A stretch of 32,000 nucleotides of DNA from an uncultured Acidobacteriota bacterium. Lineage in GTDB: Bacteria > Acidobacteriota > Vicinamibacteria > Vicinamibacterales > Fen-181. Each line of letters begins with the position of its first letter. Within the stretch, counting starts at the first letter, position 1. The notes under the pieces are model-generated. The model had not been told where the DNA came from. It did not search any database and worked only from the letters and a program-made list of their open reading frames with translations. The position numbers were made by a program, and so were the translations under genes. Shown piece after piece: positions 9,172 to 16,473 of the stretch. The stretch spans positions 4,383,600-4,415,599 of the forward strand of contig CAWEZL010000001.1 of NCBI GenBank assembly GCA_963813585.1, given 5' to 3'.

Positions 9172-11032
9172 TCACACGCCCAGGCGTTTCCGCGTCTCGG
9201 CGGTCGGCACGCCGTCGGGCGTCCAGCCGCGCAGCTCGTAGTACTCCGGCAGCATCTACGCCGAGCTTCGACACCGCGCCCTTCTGGGGCCCCGTCTTCG
9301 CCGGCTCGTTCAGCAGGCGCGGCGGCAGCGTGTCGTCCTTGCCGCTCAGTCCCGCGGCCAGGTTGAACTGCCGCTCCATGTTCCAGATGCGCTCGCCGAC
9401 GAGCAGCAGCCGCTCGGGCGACCAGTCACCCTCGCAGGCCGCCTGGATCTGCGGCTGGATGTCGGGCAGCCCCCACGCAAACGTGGTGAAGATGCAGAGG
9501 CCCGACGAGTCCACGACCGCGGTGAGGTCCTGGAAGGCCTTCAGCATCGCGGGCTTGCCCTCGGTGGCCTGCGGCTCCATCTTCACCGGGATGCCGAGCA
9601 CCTCGGGCGACACCATGTAGCCGCGCAGGTGGCAGGCGCCGCGGTTGCTGGTCGCGTAGGCGAGGCCCATGCCCTGCAGCCCGCGGCCGTCGTACGCCGG
9701 GAACTCCTGGCCCTTGACGGTCATCGACAGCTCGGGCCGGCCGTACTTCGCGCACAGCCGCTTCGAGCCCTGCCCGATCTCCTTGCCGAAGCCCTCGCCC
9801 GCGGCCGTCAGTTCGGCGAGCCTCACCAGCGCCTCGGCCGACCCGAACGGGATCTCGAAGCCGACCTCCTCCTTCGTGAGGATGCCCAGGTCGTAGAGCT
9901 CCATCGCCGCACCGACGGTCGCGCCGAACGAGATCGGGTCGAACCCGTCTTCGTTGCAGAGGAAGTTCGCGTAGGTCAGCGCCTCGAGGTCCGACGACGC
10001 CGTTGGCCGCGCCCAGCGCCCAGGCGGCCTCGTACTCCAGGCCGCCCGAGGCGCCGTGGTACTTCGGCTTGTCCTTCACGCTGAAGTGGCCCGGGTCCAT
10101 CCGCGAGATGCGGCCGCACGCGATGGTGCAGCCGAAGCAGGCGCCGTTGGTCACCAGGTTCGCCTTGCCGTCGGTCGGCCGCTTCTCGTGCATCGCCTCG
10201 CCGGAAATCGCGTGCGCCCCCTCGAACTGCACGTCGCGGTGGTTGCGCGTCGGCAGCGCGCCCAGCTCGTTGATCACGTTCATCAGCACCTGGGTGCCGT
10301 AAGGCGGGCAGTCCGCTGCCGGTCACGCCGTTGGCCGCCAGCGCCTTCTTCCCCGCCTCGGTCGCGGCGATGAACGCGTCGGGGTCGGCGATCGGCGTAC
10401 GCGTCGGTTCGCGTGCCGCGCACCGCCATCGCCTTCAGGTTCTTCGACCCCATCACCGCGCCCACGCCCGACCGCCCGGCCGCCCGGTGCAGGTCGTTGA
10501 CGATGCGCGGCGTAGAGCACCCGCTTCTCGCCCGCGCGCCCGATCGACGGCCACGCGGATCTGCGGATCCTGGTGGTGGGCTTCTTGATCTGCGCCTCGG
10601 TCTCCCAGACCGTCTTGCCCCACAGGTGGCCGGCGTCGATCAGCTCGGCGTGCCCGTCGGTGATCAGCAGGTAGACCGGCTTCGGGCGAGGCACCCTCGA
10701 AGATGACCATGTCCCAGCCGGCGAACTTCAGCTCGGCGCCGAAGTAGCCGCCCGAGTTCGAGCAGGCGATCGCGCCGGTGAGCGGCCCCTTGGTGATCAC
10801 CGAGTAGCGTCCGCCGGTCGCCGCCATCGTCCCGGTCAGCGGCCCGGTGACGAAGATCAGCTTGTTCGCGGGCGAGAACGGATCGACCGCGGGATCGATC
10901 TCGGAGACGAAGTACTTGGTCGCGAGCCCGCGCTGGCCCAGGTACTCATGGGCCCACGTCATGTTCAGCGGCTCGGTCGAGCAGGTGCCGGCCGTCGAGG
11001 TTCACGCGAAGGACGTTCTTGGTCCATGCCAT
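9172..11032 (-). pseudogene. aorB: tungsten-pterin aldehyde:ferredoxin oxidoreductase catalytic subunit (AOR family, AorB-like), about 9 frameshifts
   Basis: Start ATG 11032 with SD GAGGAG. The AOR sequence can be read continuously only by hopping through six listed ORFs plus the unlisted first and last segments: '[13 protein letters not shown]', '[25 protein letters not shown]...GPLTG...[20 protein letters not shown]', '[24 protein letters not shown]', '[13 protein letters not shown]', '[30 protein letters not shown]', 'CFGCTIACGR' (Fe-S ligands), 'YATSNRGACHLRGY', and the tail 'MLPEYYELRGWTPDGVPTAETRKRLGV*' (stop 9172-9174). Frame changes fall at about 10987, 10685, 10578, 10545, 10510, 10411, 10302, 9995 and 9257. 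Confidence 0.9.
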
Positions 11033-11044
11033 GGCAGTCGCTCC

Positions 11045-11522
11045 TCAAGCCGTCGCCGCCGTGGTGTCGGTCTTGCCGGCCCACTGGCGCATCTTCCCGA
11101 GGCCGGTCCAGTCCGCGTCCACGTAGGTGATCGCGCCCGTCGGGCAGGCCTTTGCGCAGGCCGGCACGCCGTCGCAGAGGTCGCACTTCTGCACCTTGCC
11201 CGTCTGCGACACGTAGTTGATCGTCCCGAACGGGCAGGCGATCGTGCACACCTTGCAGCCCACGCAGGTCGGCTCGATGCACGATCTTCGCGCCGGTTGC
11301 CGGGTCGAGCCTGATCGCCTCGACCGGGCAGGCGATCATGCACCACGCCTCGTCGCACTGGGTGCACGTGTAGGGGACGAAGCGCCCCTCGTGGTGGAAC
11401 GTGAACACCTTGATGCGCGACTTCGCGGTGGTGAAGGTCCGGTAGTTCTCCCAGGCGCACGACATCTCGCACTGGAGACAGCCGGTGCACTTGTTGGGAT
11501 CGAGGTGGAGGGACTTCTGCAT
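11045..11522 (-). pseudogene. aorA: 4x[4Fe-4S] ferredoxin-like electron-transfer subunit (AorA-like), one frameshift
   Basis: ATG 11522 is preceded by the SD AAGGAGG. Four Cys clusters are present: 'CTGCLQCEMSC', 'CTQCDEAWCMIACP', 'CVGCKVCTIACP' and 'CDLCDGVPACAKACP'. The frames join at about 11280 ('GAKIV|IEPTCVGCK'). 478 nt is 3n+1. Confidence 0.85.
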
Positions 11523-11625
11523 GGGCGAAACCTCCTTGTCCGGCTGGGGGCTTGCGGCCAGCGGCGTGCGATCCAGGGCGGCGGTGCCGGCGGCGCCATG
11601 ATAGCGCGGGTGGCGTGAGGGCGCG

Positions 11626-11645
11626 GTGGCTTTTCGAAGAGCCAC
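11626..11645. promoter_or_regulatory. near-perfect 20-bp palindrome upstream of the aor operon (candidate operator)
   Basis: 'gtggcttttcgaagagccac' has 18/20 self-complementary positions around a TTCGAA core. It lies about 105 nt upstream of the aorA-like start, inside the 300-bp gap between that start and the bshA stop. Confidence 0.3.
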
Positions 11646-11822
11646 TCCGGCATTCTTCTTGCCGAGCTGGCTCCTATGGAAAATGCCTCCGCGTCGCGGT
11701 TGCCTTCGACGGACTGTCCCTCGCCGCGTGCGGTGGCGGCAGCTCGGCCTCGTCGCCGACCGCGGCAAGGCGAATCGTCGTGGACTGAGCCGGGGAACGG
11801 GGATCGGGGTCGGGGTCAGGGA

Positions 11823-12960
11823 TCAGGCGCGCCGCACGTCCTCGTAGAACCGCTCGTAGAGCGGCACGATCTTCTCCGCGCAGAAGCGGTCGTGGACGGC
11901 GCGCCGTGCGGTGGCGGCGATGCGCGCGCTCAGCTCGGGGTCGGTCAGCACCGCCAGGCCGCTGGCCGCCATGCCGTCGATGTCGTCAGGCGGGTGCAGG
12001 AAGCCGGTCACCCCGTGCTCGATCACCTCGGGCAGGCCGCCGACGCGCGAGGCCACCACCGGCACGTCGCACGCCATCGCCTCGAGCGCCGCGAGGCCGA
12101 AGCTCTCGGTGGCGGACGGCAGCAGGAACAGGTCGGCGATCGACAGGAACTGCCGGACGTCCTCCTGCTCGCCCAGCGCCAGCACATCGTCTGCCGATGC
12201 CGCGCTCATGCGCCAGCTCGCGCGGCGTGCGGGAGGTCGGGACCGTCGCCGACCAGCAGGAGCACGCTCGGCACGCCGGGCGTCGGATCCGGGCGAAGAC
12301 GTCGATCACGGCGTCGATCCGCTTCACCGGGCGGAAGTTCGAGACGTGGATCACCGACGGCGCGGCCGGGGCCGGCGAACCGCTCGCGCAAGCCGTGGGT
12401 CGGGCACGCGGTGGTGGATCCGGCAGTCGAGGAAGTTCGGGATGACGCGGATGTCGCGTGTGACCGGCAGGCCGCGGTACGTGTCGGCCTTCAGGCTCTC
12501 GGACACCGCGGTGACGCCGTCGGACTGGTCGATGCGAGAAGCCGATCGTCTCGGCATACGACGGGTCGCTCCCGACGATGGTGATGTCGGTCCCGTGCAG
12601 CGTCGTCACCACCTTCGGCGTCGGGCCGCCGGTGCTGTCGAGGATCTGCCGCGCGAGGTACGCCGCGGTCGCGTGCGGAATCGCGTAGTGCGCGTGGATG
12701 ATGTCGAGGTCGACTTCGCGCGAGAGCTGCGCGATGCGCGTCGCCAGCGACAGGAGGTACTGCGGCTCGCGGAACAGCGGGTACGACGGCGTGAGCACCC
12801 GGTGGAACGACACGCCCGGCTGGTCGTCGCCGAGGCGGAACGGCTGCTCGCGGCTCACCACGTGCACCCGGTGGCCGCGCGCGGCCAGGCACTTGGCCAG
12901 CTCGGTCGCGACGATGCCGCTGCCGCCGATCGACGCGTAGCAGACGATGGCGATCTTCAT
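11823..12960 (-). pseudogene. bshA: GT4 glycosyltransferase, N-acetyl-alpha-D-glucosaminyl L-malate synthase (BshA), about 6 frameshifts
   Basis: 'MKIAIVCYASIGGSGIVATELAKCLAARGHRVHVV', 'IIHAHYAIPHATAAYLARQIL', 'VTTLHGTDITIVGSDPSY', 'IDQSDGVTAVSESL', 'VIHVSNFRPVKRIDAVIDVF', 'LLLVGDGPD' and 'PSATESFGLAALEAMACDVPVVASRVGGLPEVIEHGVTGFL' are spread over four listed ORF fragments. Frame changes fall at about 12534, 12390, 12365, 12290, 12220 and 12197. ATGA overlap with the bshB stop. Confidence 0.85.
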
Positions 12961-13705
12961 CGGCGATCCGGTCCCAGCCCCGGCCGCGCCGCCCAGTCCT
13001 TGAGCAGGCTCGGGCGGAGGACGGGCTCCTTCACTACCAGCCCCTCGGCGTAGCGCCACGCCGGCCAGGGCGCCGAACTGCGCGTCCCGACTGGAGATCA
13101 GGCGCGCGAAGGTCGGCGCGGTGAGACGCGTGTCCACCGAGCCGGGGCCCTCGGGCATGAACTGGCTCCGGTAGCACTCGAGCGCCCGGCGCTTGACATC
13201 GTACTGCGCCGAGACGTCGATCGCGAAGGAGATCGGCCCTTGGTCGTTGATGAAGTAGTAGCAGACCCAGTCGGGGGCCCAGGCGCCCTCGCCCTTCCAC
13301 CTGGTAGCGCCGGAGCCGCGCGTTGAAGATCGCCTCGGTCAGGACGCGGCTGGCGGCGACGTGATCGGGGTGGCGGTCCTGCCAGTACGGGATCGCGACG
13401 GCGCGCGGCTGCCAGCCTCGCACGAGGCGCGTCACCTGGTCCAGTTGCCCGCGATCACCTGTGATGCCGCGGTCGGGCCACCCGAGGTTCTCGCGCCACT
13501 CGGCGCCGAGAACGACGCGGGCGTCCTCGGCCTCGCGCAGGCGCTCGTCCGGCGTCCCGTTGCTGCCCATCTCGCCGCGCGTGAGGTCGCAGAGGCCGAC
13601 GCGCCAGCCCGCGGCGGCGTGCAGGGCGATCGTCCCACCGAGGCCGATCTCGAGGTCGTCGGGGTGGGGGCCGAAGACGAGCAGGTCGAGGGGCATGGAG
13701 GGCAT
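12957..13705 (-). pseudogene. bshB: PIG-L/LmbE-family deacetylase (bacillithiol biosynthesis BshB), 2 frameshifts
   Basis: 'LLVFGPHPDDLEIGLGGTIA', 'DLTRGEMGSNGT', 'YWQDRHPDHVAA'. Continues after about 13291 as 'EGAWAPDWVCYYFINDQGPISFAIDVS...ALECYRSQF' and after about 13053 as 'YAEGLVVKEP...'. 749 nt is 3n+2, i.e. two inserted bases. The start (13705 or 13696) is uncertain. The bshB-bshA order matches that known in Bacillus. Confidence 0.82.
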
Positions 13706-13776
13706 GGTACCAATTCGCCGGGGCCTGCTCAACCGGAGACCGCTGCGGTGGCGCCGGGAACGGGTAGGATTGGGGC

Positions 13777-14292
13777 ATGCCACGGTATGCGGCGCTCCTG
13801 CGCGGCGTGACCCCCATGAACGCGAAGATGGCCGAGCTGAAGCGGAGCTTCGAGGCCGCCGGCTTCACCGGCGTGAAGACCGTCCTGTCCAGCGGGAACG
13901 TTGTGTTCGACGCGCGGGCCGCCAGTCCGGCCTCGCTCGAGCGGAGAGCCGAGGCGGCGATGGCCCGGGAGCTGGGGCGGAGCTTCCTGACCATCGTGCG
14001 CCCGATCGAGGCGCTGCAGTCGCTGCTCGCGGCGGATCCGTACGCCGCGTTCCTGCTGGCTCCCGGTTCGAAGCGGATCGTCACCTTCGTGCGGGGGTCG
14101 GCCGACGCGAACCTCGAGCTGCCCGTAGAGCTGGACGGCGCGCGCATCCTGTGCGCGCGGGGCGGCGAGGTGTTCAGCGTGTACGTGCCCAGCCCCCGCG
14201 GGCCGGTGTTCATGACGCTGATCGAGAGGACGTTCGGCGGCAAGGTCACGACGCGTACATGGGGCACGGTCGGAAAGGTCGCGCGGGCGTAA
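13777..14292 (+). CDS. DUF1697 domain protein
   Basis: Intact 171-aa ORF. 'MPRYAALLRGVTPMNAKMAELKRSFEAAGFTGVKTVLSSGNVVF' matches the characteristic DUF1697 N-terminus (xYxxLLRG...M..L......G...V.T...SGNV.F). Confidence 0.8.
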   Translation: MPRYAALLRGVTPMNAKMAELKRSFEAAGFTGVKTVLSSGNVVFDARAASPASLERRAEAAMARELGRSFLTIVRPIEALQSLLAADPYAAFLLAPGSKRIVTFVRGSADANLELPVELDGARILCARGGEVFSVYVPSPRGPVFMTLIERTFGGKVTTRTWGTVGKVARA

Positions 14293-14344
14293 AGGAGCCC
14301 GGGATGAGGCGGAGCAGGCTCCGGGCCTGCCCGGGAGGGAGGAC

Positions 14345-14734
14345 ATGGCCATTCGGGTCGTGCGGCTGGGGAGCCCGAGGATGCCGGGCGAGGGGCTGCG
14401 GGTCGGAACGGTGCGGCGGCCGCCGCGGGGCGTGCCCAAGGCGGAGCACGCGTCGCGCGACTTCTACGACGCCTGGCTGCCCGACCTGGCGCCGTCGGAG
14501 GAGCTGGTGAAGGAGGCGCAGCAGGCCGAGGACGAGCGGAGCTGGCGGAGCTTCGTCCGCCGGTACCGTGCCGAGATGAAGCGGCCCGAAGCGGCGCGGC
14601 TGATCGAGTTGCTGGCCGCGCTGTCGCACCGGACCGACCTCGCGGTGGGGTGCTACTGCGAGGACGAGTCGCACTGCCACCGCTCCGTGCTGCGGGAGCT
14701 CCTCCGGGAGCACGGCGCCGAGGTCGCGCCTTGA
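14345..14734 (+). CDS. DUF488 (YeaO-like) domain protein
   Basis: Intact 129-aa ORF with SD GGGAGGGAGG. 'RVGTVRRPPRGVPK...DAWLPDLAPSEEL...WRSFVRRYRAEM...LAVGCYCEDESHCHRSVLRELL' fits the DUF488 pattern. Confidence 0.8.
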   Translation: MAIRVVRLGSPRMPGEGLRVGTVRRPPRGVPKAEHASRDFYDAWLPDLAPSEELVKEAQQAEDERSWRSFVRRYRAEMKRPEAARLIELLAALSHRTDLAVGCYCEDESHCHRSVLRELLREHGAEVAP

Positions 14735-14826
14735 GAAATGGGGCCAGGCCCCATTTCGGGCGCTGACGTGAGAAATGCGCCATTTAGGCCCTGACGGGAG
14801 AAATGGGGCCAGGCCCCATTTCGGGC
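14732..14826. repeat. three tandem REP-like palindromic units
   Basis: The 23-nt perfect palindrome 'gaaatggggccaggccccatttc' occurs at 14735-14757 and again at 14800-14822. A shortened copy 'gagaaatgcgccattt' lies between them. Units share the flanks 'ctgacg.gag' and 'cgggc'. The first unit begins with the TGA stop of the DUF488 gene. Confidence 0.8.
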
Positions 14827-15061
14827 TCCGTGTTCCAGTTTGAAACACCGACCGGCGTCGGCGTTTCACCTGGAAAGAACGGCCACTCCAGCGCCACAAC
14901 CTGTTCGACCGCAAACACTTGCACCAAAAGAGTTTAGCCAGGAGCCGGCGGGGCGGGTCGACGGTTTCGATTTTGCCTGTACGGAGGGGAACGGAGTTGC
15001 GCGCCCGTTCCAAGCTCAACCCACAACCAGGCGCCCGGCACGGGCGGGCAGTGGAGCACTT

Positions 15062-15313
15062 ATGACGATGGTCAACTCGGACCTCATCTCGCGCGCCCGC
15101 GGCGAATACCTCGAGATGCCGGGCCTGAGCCTGACGGTTCGGCAGGCCCAGCGGCTGTGGGGCCTCGACGGTGCGGCCTGCAGCCAGGTGCTGCAGGGCC
15201 TCATCGAGGCAGGGTTCCTGAAGCGCCGCTCCGATGGCACCTACGTGCGCCAGACCAGCGGCACGATCGGCTATAGCCGGGGACCCGAGGGAAGGGCCGC
15301 TTCGTCTGCCTGA
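15062..15313 (+). CDS. small hypothetical protein, possible winged-helix DNA-binding fold
   Basis: 83 aa from ATG 15062 (GTGGAG 8 nt upstream), within ORF 14840..15313. 'YLEMPGLSLTVRQAQRLWGLDGAACSQVLQGLIEAGFLKRRSDGTYVR' looks like a helix-turn-helix plus wing. The upstream TTG-initiated extension looks non-coding. Confidence 0.5.
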   Translation: MTMVNSDLISRARGEYLEMPGLSLTVRQAQRLWGLDGAACSQVLQGLIEAGFLKRRSDGTYVRQTSGTIGYSRGPEGRAASSA

Positions 15314-15408
15314 CGCGCCTGTTGAACCACGACCGCGCCTTTCACTTGGAAACGCGCGCCGCCTCTTCGCGAGTGGAACCCACCAGCAGAATGCCATCGT
15401 AGAATGGC

Positions 15409-16341
15409 GTGTCCATGACGATCCTCGACGCGATCGGCCGCACGGCGCTGGTCCGCCTCCGCAAGGTCGTCCCCCCGGACTCCGCCGACGTCGTCGTGAA
15501 GCTCGAGTGGCAGAACCCGACCGGCAGCGTCAAGGACCGCATGGCGCTCGCGGTCATCTCGCGGGCGGAAGCCGATGGCCGGCTGCAGCCCGGCGACACC
15601 GTCCTCGAGTACACCGGCGGCAGCACCGGCGCCTCGCTCGCGCTCGTCTGCGCCGCGAAGGGCTACCGCCTGCGCATCGTCAGCTCGGACGCGTTCAGCC
15701 CGGAGAAGCTCGATCAGATGCGGGCGCTCGGCGCCGAGATTACGCTCGTGCCCAGCGAAGGCGGCCTCACCACCAAGAAGCTGATCCTCGACATGATCGA
15801 CACCGCGCGGGGCCTCAGCCAGGAACCGCACACCTACTGGACGGACCAGCTGAACAACCTCGACAGCCTCGCCGGCTACCACCCGCTCGCCGAGGAGATC
15901 TGGGAGCAGACGCAGGGCAAGGTGGACGCCTTCGTCCACTGCGTGGGCACCTCCGCCACCATCCGCGGCGTGGCCGCGGTCCTGAAGCAGCACAAGCCGG
16001 GTGTCCGGATCGTCGCCGTGGAACCTGCCGAATCGTCGGTGCTGCTGGGCGGTCCGCCGGGCCCGCACAAGATCGAGGGGGTGGGCATCGGCTACACGCC
16101 GCCTCTCTGGGACCCGGCCCTCGTCGAGCAGGTCCTCCCGGTCGCCACCGAGGAGGCGAAGGAGATGGCGCGCCGCCTCGCGCGCGAGGAGGCGCTCTTC
16201 GCGGGAACGTCCTCCGGCGCGGATGTCGTCGCCGCGATCCGCGTCGCCCGGCAACTCGGGCGCGGCGCCACCGTCGTCACCCTGATGGCCGACTCGGGGT
16301 TGAAGTACCTGAACACGGACGTCTACAAGCGCCGCTCCTGA
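15409..16341 (+). CDS. cysK: cysteine synthase (O-acetylserine sulfhydrylase family, PLP-dependent)
   Basis: Intact 310-aa ORF (GTG 15409 or ATG 15415). PLP-lysine context 'LEWQNPTGSVKDRMA', 'GGSTGASLA', 'VGTSATIRG' and 'GTSSGA'. CysK versus CysM cannot be resolved by eye. Confidence 0.88.
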   Translation: MSMTILDAIGRTALVRLRKVVPPDSADVVVKLEWQNPTGSVKDRMALAVISRAEADGRLQPGDTVLEYTGGSTGASLALVCAAKGYRLRIVSSDAFSPEKLDQMRALGAEITLVPSEGGLTTKKLILDMIDTARGLSQEPHTYWTDQLNNLDSLAGYHPLAEEIWEQTQGKVDAFVHCVGTSATIRGVAAVLKQHKPGVRIVAVEPAESSVLLGGPPGPHKIEGVGIGYTPPLWDPALVEQVLPVATEEAKEMARRLAREEALFAGTSSGADVVAAIRVARQLGRGATVVTLMADSGLKYLNTDVYKRRS

Positions 16342-16344
16342 ACC

Positions 16345-16367
16345 CCGGCGCGCGACCCCGGCGCCGG
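16345..16367 (+). terminator. GC-rich hairpin just after cysK
   Basis: 'ccggcgc'-9 nt-'gcgccgg' (7-bp stem) beginning 4 nt after the cysK stop. It is followed by a C-run rather than a U-tract. Confidence 0.3.
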
Positions 16368-16473
16368 CCGCCCCCCCTTCCGAGCTCCTGGAAAGTTCTG
16401 GCTCCGCTGGACGGATGGGTTAGAATCGGCGCCTCGTACCCAGTCCGCTGCCGCGCGTGTTCAGCAGCCACCC

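Noticed and set aside
9172-11032. Programmed ribosomal frameshifting or recoding as the explanation for the frame changes.
   Set aside because: There are far too many events per gene (about 9-10). No shared slippery heptamer or downstream structure appears at the sites. The events occur in unrelated gene families. Known programmed shifts are single, conserved events.
11523-11822. A Moco/Tuco riboswitch in the aor leader. These are known upstream of some molybdo- and tungstoenzyme operons.
   Set aside because: I could not recognise the conserved motif core or a convincing multi-stem fold by eye. A covariance-model scan would be needed, so it is not claimed.
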